Source of the DNA: Octopus sinensis
Lineage: Eukaryota
NCBI RefSeq assembly: GCF_006345805.1
Contig: NW_021833251.1
Coordinates: forward strand, 1 to 64,000
Direction of reading: 5' to 3'
Length of the DNA: 64,000 nucleotides
Part shown: piece by piece, positions 1 to 12,945 of the stretch
Layout: each line of letters opens with the position of its first letter
Position numbering within the stretch: the stretch's first letter is position 1
The notes under the pieces: model-generated
The model's input: only the letters and a program-made list of their open reading frames with translations
What the model was told of the DNA's origin: nothing
Database searches by the model: none
Position numbers and translations under genes: made by a program

Positions 1-543
1 AATATTTATATAATATAATGTTAATTAAACAAGTAAAAGGAAATTCAAATATGAAATAGATATAATAGGTAATGAGCTGTTCTGTTTTTATGAGGTTTTT
101 CTTTAAAAATGCTTGTCTTGAAAACTATATATTAATTTGTTTTTCTCGTTTGTATATTCTTTTCCTTAAGGTTTACTTGAAAATATTGTTAGAGATTTAA
201 ATGTGATAAATAATAGCGAACTGTGATTATAAGAAATAATAAAGGTAGGAATTTAAAATTGCTATTTCAAACAGGATTAATTGGATTTTGTGAACATATT
301 AGTTTGCTACATGGACGGTCTTCCATATATGGCAAGTAAGTTGTGGAATTGTTCACGTTTAAATTATTAAACTAAGGTAGAACACATACACATACGTACG
401 TTAACAAACAAATAAACACACACATACACACGCACACGCACACACGTGCACACATGTACATACATACATTCGTGCATTGATACACAAATATATGCACATA
501 CGTAGTTATGTAGCAGGCTAGATAAATAGACAGGAAGGCAAAC

Positions 544-545
<2 letters not shown>

Positions 546-626
<81 letters not shown>

Positions 627-643
627 TGTAGATAGATAGATAG
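546..643. repeat. (GATA)n microsatellite
   Basis: Near-perfect tandem GATA run. Confidence 0.97.
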
Positions 644-959
644 ACAGGGGATGGGTCACTGCAGTTCAAAGATGAGATACCAGTTGTGAGGACCACTGAA
701 CTACCTGCACCTGAAGTAACGAGTAATCCGAATATAAGTGAAGACTTAAGGCAATTTCTCGGGTAAAATCAGCATAACAGTGTGTACATGATAAGGCTTA
801 ATGGTCTAAAATATAAATACAATTCATTCGCTAGGCTTCTATACATTTTGTAACTGCACAAATTCACCCACAATGTACAGACCAACTTGCGGTCATAGAA
901 AATGACATGTGCTCGAGTTATTACGCAGTGGTTTCGAAACAGGGAATGGTGGTAAGCAT

Positions 960-1080
960 ATACATATATATATATATATATATATAATATATATATATAT
1001 ATACTATATATATATACATATATATATATAATATATATATAGATATATATATATATATATATAGATATATATATATATAC

Positions 1081-1141
<61 letters not shown>

Positions 1142-1186
1142 ACCTATATATATATATATAATATAATATATATATATAATATATAT

Positions 1187-1235
<49 letters not shown>
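960..1235. repeat. Interrupted (TA)n microsatellite, representative of dozens of TA/TG/TATG tracts across the window
   Basis: Direct inspection. Confidence 0.95.
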
Positions 1236-1238
1236 GGG

Positions 1239-1459
1239 GGGGTGACGAGCTGGCAGAATCGTTAGCACATCGGGGGAAATGCTTAGCGGTATTTCGGTTG
1301 CCGTTACGTTCTGAGTTCAAATTCCACGAGGTCAACTTTGCCTTTCATCCTTTCGGGGACGATAAATTAAGTACCAGTTACGCACTGGGGTCGATGTAAC
1401 CGACTTAAGCCCCTTGTCTGTCCTTGTTTGTCCCCTCTGAGTTTAGCCCCCTGTGGGGA
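1239..1459 (+). mobile_element. tRNA-derived SINE family B (Nin/Deu-like domain)
   Basis: Head with A-box-like TGGCAGAATCG and B-box-like GAGTTCAAATTC, then GCCTTTCATCCTTTCGGGGACGATAAATTAAGTACCAG, which resembles the Nin/Deu SINE domain; many homologous copies in the window. Confidence 0.85.
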
Positions 1460-1869
1460 AATATATATATATATAATATATGCATGTATGTATAATTTAC
1501 GCTGAATTATTTTTGTGGTGGAATTTCGAGGATATAGAGAGTAGGAGTGGCTGTGTGGTAAGTAGCTTGCTTACCAACCACATAGTACATTAAATACAAA
1601 ATATGTATGTACGTTTATATATACAAAAAGTCCAACTTACACAGAGTACAAATGATACAGAAAATTAAAGGGTAAAGAAAAAGAATTACAAATCCGACAG
1701 CTGTTTCTAGTGGATCCGCGGTGCACGACAGTGTTTGTAGTTTGGTTCCATCATAGGATGAGACGAGCCTCTGCCTTCAGGGAAAAGATCTTGCGTTTGA
1801 GATGTTAAAGGAGAGAAGTTCAGAGACAGAACGATTGAATGTGAAGCGCTAAGAGTATTAGAGGGTGAG

Positions 1870-2300
1870 GGGCTCCGGGTTGAGTCCCGCTGCGTGGCAC
1901 CTTGGGTAAAGTGTTTTCTACTATAGCCTGGGGCTGAGCAAAGACTTCTGAAAGGATTTCGTAGACAGAAATTAAAAGGAGTATGTCGTAAATGTGTGTG
2001 TGTGTGTGTGTGTGCGTTTGTGTATGTGTGTGCGTGCGTCGATGTGTGTATGTGTGTGTCTGTGTGTGGTTGTGTCTGTGTTTGTCCTCCGCCGCCACCA
2101 CCACCATCGCTTAACAACTGATGTTGATGTGTTTACATCCCCGTCACTTAGCAGTTCGGCAAAAGAGGCCGATAGAATTAGTAGTAGGCTCACAAAGATT
2201 AAGTTCTGGGGTCGATTTCTTCGACTGAAAGCCTTTAACGCAGTGCTCCAGCATGGCCGCAGTCTAATGACCGAAACAAATACAAGCCTAAAAGCATAAA
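1870..2300 (+). mobile_element. SINE family A, diverged, 5' truncated
   Basis: Homologous to the full copies at 58905-59315 and 60478-60950, with internal TG tract and tail GTGCTCCAGCATGGCCGCAG. Confidence 0.85.
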
Positions 2301-2318
2301 AGAACGTAAATATGTGTG

Positions 2319-2948
2319 CCATTACCACCACCATCACCACTACTATCTCAAACACCACCACCACCAGCACTACTACCAACACTACCATGACCACCACCAC
2401 AACAACAACCATTACCACCACCATCACCACTACCATCTAAAACACCACCACCACCACCATCACCACTACCATCTAAAACACCACCACCACCAGCACTACT
2501 ACCAACACTACCATGACCACCACCACAACTACAACCATGGCCACCACCATACCACTACTATCTCAAACACCACCAGCATTACTACCACCACCACATCTAC
2601 AACCATTACCACCACCATCACCACTACTATCTCAAACACCACCAACATCACCACCAGCACTACTACCATGGCCACCACCACCACTACTACCATGACCACC
2701 ACCACAACTACAACCATTTCCACCACCATTACCACTACTCTCTCAAACACCACCACCACCAGCACTACTACCACCACAACCATGACCCACCACCACATCT
2801 ACAACCATTCCACCACCATCACCACTACTATCTCAAACACCACCACCAACACGACCACCATCACCACCAGCACTACTACAACCACTACCATGACCACCAC
2901 CACAACTACAAACATTACCACCACCACCACCAACAACAACAACAACGA
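2319..2948. repeat. Compound ACC/ACT/CAT trinucleotide minisatellite with recurring higher-order blocks
   Basis: Blocks such as ACCATCACCACTACTATCTCAAACACC and CAGCACTACTACC recur several times. Confidence 0.9.
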
Positions 2949-3382
2949 CAAAAGCCGTCATTGTATTGTAGCAGGTAAAAGAGAAGGGATGTCAGCAATA
3001 TCGATGTCCCCCCACCCCACCACCCCAGCCCGACCCCAGCACCAGAGATTAAGGTTTACGAAAGATCCTGTATTAAAATCTAAATGAAAACTCTTCTTCT
3101 TCCCGACATGTTGCTGCTATTTCACGATGCCTCTGAAATACTCACGCAAACAAAGCCTGGTTCCTATTTCTACAGAAAATCGGTCGTATTAGATATGTTT
3201 TGTTGTTATTGTGGTTGTTGTTGTTGCTGCTGCTGTTGCTGTTGTTGTTTTTGCTGTTGTTGTTGTTGTCCAGCCCATACGAAAGCCTAATCGAACAGGT
3301 CTATGATCGAAGACATCCAGTCGTGACCAACCCATCTTTTATTCACTGACCTTTATATAAAAAAAACAGCCAACAGAAGTAT

Positions 3383-5190
3383 TGGTCGGTTGGTGCGTGG
3401 ATCGGCTGGTTGGCTGGTTGGTTGGTTGGTGCGTGAAAATGCTGGTTGGCTGGTTTATCGGTTGGTCATAGATCACCTCGTTGGCTGGTTTGTCGGTTGG
3501 TCATGTGTCGGTTAGTTGGTTGGTTTGTCGGTTGGTCGGCTGGTTTGTTGGTTTGTCGGTTGGTTGACTGGTTGGCTGGTTTGTTGGTTGGTCACGTGTC
3601 AGCTGGTTGGTTGGTTTGTCGGTTGGTTGACTGGTTGGCTGGTTTGTTGGTTGGTCACGTGTGAGCTGGTTGGTTGGTTGACTGGCTGGTTGGTTTGGTG
3701 GTTGGTCATGTGTCGGCTGGTTGGTTGGTTGGTTGGTTGACTGCTTGTGTTGGTTTGGTGGTTGGTCAGTCGGCTGGTTGGTTGGTTTGTCGGTTGGTTG
3801 ACTTGCTGGTTGGTTTGGTGGTTGGTCATGTGTCGGCTGGATGGCTGGTTTGTCGGTTGGTCGGCTGGTTAGTTGGTTTGTCGGTTGGTTGACTGGTTGG
3901 CTGGTTTGTTGGTTGGTCACGTGTCAGCTGGTTGGTTGGTTTGTCGGTTGGTTGACTGGTTGGCTGGTTTGTTGGTTGGTCACGTGTGAGCTGGTTGGTT
4001 GTTGACCTGGGCTTGTTGGTTTGGTGGTGGTTGGTCATGTGTCGCTGGTTGGTTGGTTTGTTGTCGGTTTGGGTTGAGGTGCTTGTTGGTTGTGGTGGTT
4101 GGTCATGTGTCGGCTGGATTGCTGTTTGTCGTTTTGTCGCGGTTAGTTGGTTTGTCGGTTGGTTGACTGGTTGGTTGGTTTGGTGGTTGGTCACGGTGTT
4201 TGTTTTCGGCTGGTTGGTGGGTTTGTCGGTTGGTTTACTGGATGGTTGGTTTGGTGGTTGGTCATGTGTCGCTGGTGGTTGGTTTGTGGTTGGTTGAATG
4301 CTGGTTGGTTGGTGGTGTTGGTCATGGTGTCGGCTTGGATGGCTGGTTTGTCGGTTGGCGGCGCTGGTTAGTTGGTTTGTCGGTTGGTTGACTGGTGGGC
4401 TGGTTTGTTGGTTGGTCACGTGTCAGCTGGTGGTTGGTTTGTCGGTTGGTGACTGGTTGGCTGGTTTGTTGGTTGGTCACGTGTGAGCTGGTTGGTTGGT
4501 TGACTGGCTGGTTGGTTTGGTGGTTGGTCATGTGTCGGCTGGTTGGTTGGTTTGTCGGTTGGTTGACTTGCTGGTTGGTTTGGTGGTTGGTCATGTGTCG
4601 GCTGGATGGCTGGTTTGTCGGTTGGTCGGCTGGTTAGTTGGTTTGTCGGTTGGTTGACTGGTTGGCTGGTTGTTGGTTGGTAACGTGTCAGTGGTTGGTT
4701 GGTTGTCGGTTGGTTGACTGGTGGGGCTGGTTTGTTGGTTGGTCACGTGTGAGCTGGTTGGTTGGTTGACTGGCTGGTTGGTTTGGTGGTTGGTCATGTG
4801 TCGGCTGGTTGGTTGGTTTGTCGGTTGGTTGACTTGCTGGTTGGTTTGGTGGTTGGTCATGTGTGGCTGGAGGCGCGATGTGGTTTGTCGGTTGGTCGGC
4901 TGGTTAGTTGGTTTGTCGGTTGGTTGACTGGTTGGTTGGTTTGGTGGTTGGTCACGTGTCGGCTGGTTGGTTGGTTTGTCGGTTGGTCAGCTGGTTGGTT
5001 GGTTGGTTTGGCGGTTGGTTATGTGTCGGCGGGTTGGCTGGTTTGTCGGTTGGTCAGCTGGCTGGTTGGTTTGGCGGTTGGTTATGTGTCGGCGGGTTGG
5101 CTGGTTTGTCGGTTGGTCAGCTGGCTGGTTGGTTTGGCGGTTGGTTATGTGTCGGCGGGTTGGCTGGTTTGTCGGTTGGCCGGTGCATAA
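3383..5190. repeat. GGTT-based higher-order minisatellite, array 1 (G-rich strand on +)
   Basis: Sub-units of about 28 and 35 bp built from GGTT with CATGTGTCGG/CACGTGTCAG punctuation; reverse complement matches array 2. Confidence 0.95.
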
Positions 5191-5335
5191 CTGGTACTTA
5201 TTTAATCAACCCTGAAAGGATGAAAGGCAAAGTCGACCTCGGCGGAATTTGAACTTAAAACGTAGCGGCAGACGAAATACCGCTAAGCATTTCGCCCGGC
5301 GTGCCAACGATTCTGCCAGCTCGCCGCCTTCGACG
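5187..5335 (-). mobile_element. SINE family B, 3' part replaced by minisatellite array 1
   Basis: Reverse complement matches family B from head to AAGTACCAGTTATGCAC, then runs directly into the array; a second decayed head follows at about 5336-5395. Confidence 0.85.
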
Positions 5336-6691
5336 TGTGAAATACCGCTAAGCACATCGTCCAACTTGCTACGATTCTGCTAGCTCATCACCTTACTCCA
5401 CTCAATATAATAATTCAAATTTGGCTAGAATTAACGTTCATCAACTGATCCCATGATGAATTTTACGATATATGTAAGCCATAATATCACTTCACTTACT
5501 TTGTGCATGCACCGACCATAAGATATGTTTGTCACATCATCTAACCATTACAATTACAATACACTTGCTCTATGGCTCTAATAATTCTTATATATTTCAC
5601 CAGTATAAAGGATTCTAGCTGAAATCCCAGGTACTGGTATAGCACATATATAACTGTCGATCCACGGCTAGTAGTTGCTGAATCACTATGAAAAATAATT
5701 GTAATTAGATATAATCCAGCGTGTTATCTTAACTAAGTTTCATGAAACGTGCGCCATAGAAGCGATCCATTTGATGCCTGAATATAATAAAGACAGCCTG
5801 TTATGGATACAAAGAGATTTTCTCAATTTCTATGACCGTCTAATTTTATCTCAGCATTGCCAAAATATCGCTTGATTTAAAGCTGATCCTTCTACACGTG
5901 CTTTATCTATTACATATAAAGGAGATAGGCTAGAAATATTTGCCCTAATCGGATTTTTTCTTCTTTTCTTGCTTAGAATCTTTTACAAGATTTGTCGTAG
6001 TTTTATGGAAGATAATGGAAGATGTGACAGATTATAGAAAACTTGTTGTGGATACTGTAAAACTAATTACAGTTATGACTTAATTAACTTGTTAAGGCAG
6101 CCTTCAGCAACGGAAGCATGTTCAACCCTTCAGAGTTTCCTGACCCGAATAATGTTAATAGGATATTTTTCTTTGTATCGATGTTGTTTGTTAATTTTGC
6201 TTTATGTGGAGATGATAAAGAGAAGAAAATCTACTGGTTTATTGGATAGGTTTCTCTGTTTTTCTCTTTATACGCAGTGAGTTTGTAAACTGAGCTTCTT
6301 AGTTATCGACTTTGCACAGTTTATTTCTCTTCTTTTGCAAATAGAAAACTGTATGTTCAAAATTGTTTAATGGTCATCTCGATATTTTCATTTCAAAGTG
6401 AAGCAGATTTTTTATTTTCCTTTTTATTGTCTTGTTTTAATATATTTATTATTTTATTCGTCTTTAAATTCTTTCCAGAATTTTTCTGTACAAATTGCTT
6501 TAAGAAAAATACTTTTTTTTCCCCACCGGAAATAGTATTTTTTTCTGTCAGACTGTTTATCAGTCAATTTCAATTATTCTATTTCCTTAAACAAACATTT
6601 GTATTAATAAATTTCCACTCCCTCATGCGCACATACTTGTCCATGTACCTGAACACACACACACACGCACACACACACACACACACATATT

Positions 6692-6728
<37 letters not shown>

Positions 6729-6730
<2 letters not shown>

Positions 6731-7113
6731 CGCAGGATTGGATGTGTGGTAAGTAGCTTGCTTACCAACCACACAGTTCCGGGTTCAGTCCCACTGCGTG
6801 GCACCTTGGGCAAGTGTCTTCTACTATAGTGAGTGGATTTGGTAGACGGAAACTGAAAGAAGCCCGTCGTATATATATATATATGTATATATGCGTGTGT
6901 GTGTTTGTGTGTCTGTGTTTGTCTCCCTAAACATTGCTTGACAACCGATGCTGTTGTGTTTACGTCACCGTTACTTAGCGGTTCGGCAAAAGAGACCGAT
7001 AGGATAAGTTCTAGACTTACAAATAATAAGTCCTGGGGTCGATTTGCTCGACTAAAAGGCGGTGCTCCAGCATGGCCGCAGTCAAATGACTGAAACAAGT
7101 AAAAGAGAAAAGA
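6729..7113 (+). mobile_element. SINE family A (tRNA-like head, CORE-like box, internal TA/TG tract)
   Basis: GGCGCAGGATTGGATGTGTGG...GGGTTCAGTCCC (A/B boxes), CACCTTGGGCAAGTGTCTT (CORE-like), tail ...GACTGAAACAAGTAAAAGAG; small internal deletion relative to other copies. Confidence 0.9.
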
Positions 7114-7259
7114 GAGAGAAATATATATACACACACACATATGGCCAGAGGAGGGATATATGCGTGTGAATATGCAAGCGAATATGTGTATGCATTTTGA
7201 TCATGTTCTTTTCATTGTTTATAATTCAACTGAACGTTGAATTAATTCCTAAATTCTTT

Positions 7260-8230
7260 TATCACTGGGCATCTCTGTCAGTTGCATCTAACAACTGATC
7301 AAATGTGTATCGAAGATAAGAAGTTTTAAATGTAACTTTGGTTGCAAAAGTTACGGTAGTATTTTCTGGGAAAACATTAATTTAACATTTGGATAATACT
7401 GCTTCAGTTATAAAGGAGAATAGGGTGAGTTATCTCGGTTCAGGTGTACATGAAATTGACTATTTGTGTCGCCACACATTGTTTTACTGGTAGAATGCGT
7501 TACGAAAACCATCCTACGAGAAGTGAAATAGTTACTGAAGGTATGTTTTATTTGCATTCAATATGACTGAAACTTGTAGCATTTATGAGAATCTTTACGT
7601 GTTCTTGGATTTTTGATATGATTCTTAACTCATAGTATCCAGTAGCATTACCTCCAAATAGTAAACTTAAACGAACTTTAACGATTATAAAACCTCGCAT
7701 CGATCATTCTTCTATCGCAATCCAACCTCTTGCTGCCACGCGTTTCGAAAATAATTTTGTTTCGCCTACATTAAATGTTTGGGAAGGTGTGTAACATTGC
7801 TTTTTCTTATTTCTTCAAATTCTTTAGGGAACACACTTCTTGCTTCAGTATCAGCACCAGCAATTCTTCTTTCACATTTACACTATGCAAACGAACTTGT
7901 TTTCTTTATCGATAAAACCAGCCATTGCTTGAAGTAAATGTTTCTTCACAGTCACCATCTTTCGTATCTTTATTGGTAGAAAATAGAGAAGAATTTAGTA
8001 CAAGTGGTTGCATGTAGTTTCATTGGATCGTTAGCTTGTATCACTTATTCGTGTTCATAAAAGCTTTTCAAATTCTAAAAACACGCTTATTATTTCTATA
8101 TTACGTATGCTTGAAGATTACAAGGAATGCTCACTTTTAATATCCTGAAAATATTCCCTTATACTCTAAAATGAAGATGCAATTATTGCAATGAAAGGAA
8201 GAATTAAAGGTAAAACTTTAAAGAATGCTT
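7260..8230 (-). mobile_element. Fossil Tigger/pogo-family transposase (CENP-B-type HTH plus DDE_1 region)
   Basis: Minus-strand translation across stops and frameshifts gives ETFTSSNGWFYR, AGADTEARSVFPKEF, NVGETKLFSKR, LLFGGNATG, PNVKLMF, TFKTSYLRYTFDQLL. These occur in the order of the pogo/Tigger motifs F.AS.GW, AD.EAA..FP, FN.DETGLFWK, LL.G.NA.G, V.FLP.NTT, FK..Y. Confidence 0.85.
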
Positions 8231-8854
8231 CAGTTCCAATTTCATTTATTGTCATTTAATTTGTTTATCTATTTGTTATTAATCGTTTCCTTTGTATTAA
8301 GAAAAGCTTTCCTCAAAATACCCTTCTGTTTTTTTCATATTCGAAGAGAGAAGCAATTTAAAATACAGTAAATCACAACATAGTACACACCAATTAAATC
8401 ACTAACTTAATATCCTGAAGCACACACGCTCAATATCGCTGTACATTGCGTTAACTGAATGTTTAAAACTACACTTAGGAGTGTTTACATTTATTTTATG
8501 CAAATAGGTAAAATTTATATTGTTAGATTCCTAAAGTATGATTTCTCTGAGAGATCTTAAAGCGGTGGAGGTTAAATTGAAGAAACTTGATAAAAAATAT
8601 TGTTGTATGCACTTCATAAACATCCCTCGAAAGAGAATATGACTTGACAGCACTTACCGTGCTTTTACAAATTATTTAAAGAGCCCATGGAGTTGTGAGA
8701 AAGAATAGATACCGTCACCATTTAGCACCCAGTAGAATAAGAAGAGTAAGAAAGCGTGAGATGGAGAGCGCTATGACAACAGGGAATGATAGTGTAAATA
8801 TTTTGCTATAGATGGGACAGATTATTCAAATTGGTCTACTCTCTAACTCTATTA

Positions 8855-9150
8855 TTTGTTTAAGTCATTTGACTGTTGCCATGCTGGAGCACCGCTTTAG
8901 TTGCAAATACCAACCCCAGGACTTATTCGTTGTAAGCCTAGTACTTATTCCATCGGTTGCTTTTGCCGTACCGCTAAGTTACGGGGACGTAAAGAAACCA
9001 GCATCGGTTCTGAAGCGATGTTGGGGAGAAAAACACACACACACACAGACACATATATATACATACATACGACGGGCTTCTTTCAATTTCCGTCTACCAA
9101 ATCCACTCACAAGGATTTGGTCGGCCCAAGGCTATAGTAAAAGACAATTG
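8855..9150 (-). mobile_element. SINE family A, head missing, abutting minisatellite array 2
   Basis: Reverse complement matches family A from the CORE-like box to the tail. Confidence 0.85.
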
Positions 9151-12100
9151 CCGACCCACTGACCAACCAACGAACCAGCCGATCTACCGACCAACCAACT
9201 AGCCAGCCGACCCACCGACAAACCAAACAACCAGCCAACCCACCGAAAAACAACCCAACCATCCGACCCATCGAAAAACCAACAAACCAGCCGACCCACC
9301 GACCAAATAACCGAACTGCCAAACAACCGACAAACCAACCAACCAACCAACCAACCAGCCAACCAGCCGACAAATCAAACAACCAGCCGACGGTCGACCA
9401 ATCGACAAACCAACCAAACAGCCGACCGTCGGCTAACCGACAAATCAACCAACCAGCCGACACATGACCAACCGACCAACCAAACAAGAAGCCGAACCAC
9501 AAACCAACCAACCAACAAGCCAAGCAACCGACAAACCAACCAACCAGCGGAGCAACCGACAAACAAACAACCAGCCGATCCACGTCCAACCGAGCATCCA
9601 ACCAGCCGTCCAACTGACCAAACAACCAGCCAGTCACCTAACTGACAAACCAGCCAACCATCCGACACGTGACCAACCGACAGACGAACAAGCCAGCCGA
9701 CACACGACCAGCCGACAAACCAACCAACCAGTCGACACACGACCAACCGAACAACCAACCAGCCAACCAACCGACCAACCAACCGACCAGCCGACCCGGC
9801 AACAACCGACAATCAACTAACCAGACGACCAACCGACCAACCAACCAACTAGCCGATACAAGACCAACCGACAAACCAGCCAACCAGCCGACTAGCCGAC
9901 AAACTAACCAACCAGCCGAGACATAATAAACCGACAAACCAACCAACTAGCCGACACATGACCAACGGGCAAACCAGGAACCAGCCGACACAAGACCAAC
10001 CGACGAACCAACCAACCAGCCGACCAACCGACAAACCAACCAACCAGCCGACCCATGACCAACCGACAAACCAACCAACCAACCAGCCGACACATAATCA
10101 ACCGCCAAACCAACCAACCTGCCGACACATGACCAACCGACAAACCAACCAACCAGCCGACCAACGGCCAAACCAGCCAACCAGCCGACACATGGCCAAC
10201 CGACAAACCAACCAAACAATCGACCCACGACTAATCGACAAACCAAGCAAGCAACCAACAGACCAACGGACAAACCAGCCAGCCAGCCGACACATAACCA
10301 ACCGCAAAACCAACCAACCAGCCGACCAACAGATAAACCAGCCAACCAGCCGACACATGACGAACCGCCAAACCAACCAGCCGACAAACCGACAAACCAA
10401 CCAACCGGCCGACCAACGACCAACCGACAAACCAACCAACTAGCCGAACAACGGACAAACCAGCCAACTAGCCGACACATGACGAACCGCCAAACCAACC
10501 AACCAGCCGACCAACGGAAAAACTAGCCAACCAGCCGACACTTGACCAAACGCGAAACCAGGATACAAACCGACCAACGGACAAACCAGCCAACCATCCG
10601 ACACATAACCAACGGACAAACCAGCCAACCAGCCGACCAACGGACAAACCAACCAACCAGCCGACACATGAAAACCGCCAAACCAACCAACCAGCCGACC
10701 AACGGACAAACCAGCCAACCAGCTAACACGTGATCAACTGCCAGGCCAACCAACCAGCTGACCAACCGACAAACAAGCCAACAAGCCGACACACAACCAA
10801 CCGCCAAACCAACCAACCAGCTGACACATGACCAACCACCAAACCAACCAACCAGTCGACCATCCGACAAACCAGCCAACCAGCCGACACGTAACCAACC
10901 GCCAACCAACCAACCAGCCGACACATGACCAACCACCAAACCAACCAACCAGCCGATCAACGGACAAACCAACCAACCAGTCGACAAATAACCAACCGCC
11001 AAACTAAACAACCAGCTACCAACCGACAAACCTCCCAACCAACCGACACATGACCAACCGCCAAACCAACCAACCAGCCGACCAACCGACAAACAAACCA
11101 ACCAGCCGACACATGACCAACCACCAAACCAACCAACCAGCGGACCAACCGACAAACCAGCCAACCAACCGACACATGACCAACCAGCAAACCAACCAAC
11201 CATCCGACCAACGGACAAACTAACCAACCAGCCGACACATAACCAACCGCCAAACCAACCGACCAGCCGACACATGACCAACCGCCAAACCAACCAACCA
11301 GCTGACCAGCCGACAAACCAACCAACCAGCCGACACATAACGAACCACCAAACCAACCAACCAGCTGACCAACCGACAAACCAACCACCCAGCCGACACA
11401 TAACCAACGGCCAAATCAACCAACCAGCCGACACATAACCAACCGCCAAACCAACCGACCAGCCGACACATGACCAACCGCCAAAACAACCAACCATCCG
11501 ACACATGACCAACCGCCAAACCAACCAACCAGCTGACCAACCGACAAACCAACCAACCAGCCGACACATAACGAACCACCAAACCAACCAACCAGCTGAC
11601 CAACCGACAAACCAACCACCCAGCCGACACATAACCAACGGCCAAATCAACCAACCAGCTGACCAATCGACAAACCACCAAACCGACCAACCAGCCGACC
11701 AACCGACAAACCAGCCAACCAGCCGACACATGACCAACCGCCAAAGCAACCAGCCAGCTGACCAACCGACAAACCAGCCAACCCGCCGACACATAACCAA
11801 CCGCCAAACCAACCAGCCAGCTGACCAACCGACAAACCAGCCAACCCGCCGACACATAACCAACCGCCAAACCAACCAACCAGCTGACCAATCGACAAAC
11901 CACCAAACCGACCAACCAGCCGACCAACCGACAAACCAGCCAACCAGCCGACACATGACCAACCACCAAACCGACCAACCAGCCGACCAACCGACAAACC
12001 AGCCAACCCGCCGACACATAACCAACCGCCAAACCAACCAGCCAGCTGACCAACCGACAAACCAGCCAACCCGCCGACACATAACCAACCGCCAAACCAA

Positions 12101-12790
12101 CCAACCAGCTGACCAACCGACAAACCACCAAACCGACAACCAGCCGACAACCGACCAAACCAGCCAACCAGCCGACACATGACCAACCACCAAACCAACC
12201 AACCAGCCGACCAATCAACAAACCACCAAACCGACCAACCAGCCGACCAACCGACAAACCAGCCAACCAGCCGACACATGACCAACCACCAAACCGACCA
12301 ACCAGCCGACCAACCGACAAACCAGCCAACCCGCCGACACATAACCAACCGCCAAACCAACCAGCAGCTGACCAACCGACAACCAGCCAACCCGCCGACA
12401 CATAACCAAAAGCCAAACAACCGACCAGCGACCAACCGACAAACCAGCCAACCCGCCGACACATAACCAACCGCCAAACCAACCAGCCAGCTGACAACCG
12501 ACCAAACCAGCCAACCCGCCGACACAAACCAACCGCCAAACCAACCAGCCAGCTGACCAACCGACAACCAGCCAACCCCCCGACACATAACCAACCCACC
12601 GCCAAACCACCACCAAAAACACCAACCGACAACACCAGCCAAACAACCACCAAACACTCCGACAACCACCCGCACCCAACCGACAAACCACCAACCAGCC
12701 GACACATGACCAACCACCAAACCAACAACCAGCCGACCAACCGACAAACCAGCCAACCCGCCGACACAAACCCAACCGCCAAACCAACCA
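9150..12790. repeat. AACC-based higher-order minisatellite, array 2 (C-rich strand on +)
   Basis: Core 63-bp unit = 28-bp ACCAACCGCCAAACCAACCAGCCAGCTG + 35-bp ACCAACCGACAAACCAGCCAACCCGCCGACACATA, with 36-bp variant inserts. Confidence 0.95.
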
Positions 12791-12945
12791 AATTTGGGGA
12801 TTATGTCGATCCCAATCCTCAAATAGCACTTATTTTATGGACCCCGAAGAGAATAAAAGCAAAGTCGAGCTCGGCGTAATTAGAGCCCAAAACGAAAAAA
12901 CCGAAGGAATGTCACTAAACATTTTTCCTCTTGTGCTACCGACTC
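12791..12945 (-). mobile_element. Decayed SINE family B
   Basis: Reverse complement reads CGAGCTCGACTTTGCTTTTATTCTCTTCGGGGTCCATAAAATAAGTGC, a diverged version of the family-B domain. Confidence 0.7.

Noticed and set aside
650-770. Short + frame DGSLQFKDEIPVVRTTELPAPEVTSNPNISEDLRQFLG*
   Set aside because: The upstream sequence is a purine-rich GATA array with no acceptor tract, and I recognise no homology.
7490-8020. Apparent + strand exons with very short introns (YPVALPPNSKLKRTL...), initially suggesting foreign compact-genome DNA
   Set aside because: The minus strand is explained by ordered Tigger/pogo transposase motifs, so the + frames are antisense shadows.
3383-12790. CRISPR-like or telomeric array
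   Set aside because: No unique spacers and no cas genes; the context is eukaryotic, and the units are not TTAGGG-type.
10523-12829. Long ORFs (563, 523, 391 aa W/L/V/G-rich; 225 aa T/N/Q/P-rich) in array 2
   Set aside because: GGTT/AACC repeats rarely generate stop codons, several frames on both strands are open at once, and consecutive 35-bp units elsewhere break the frame.
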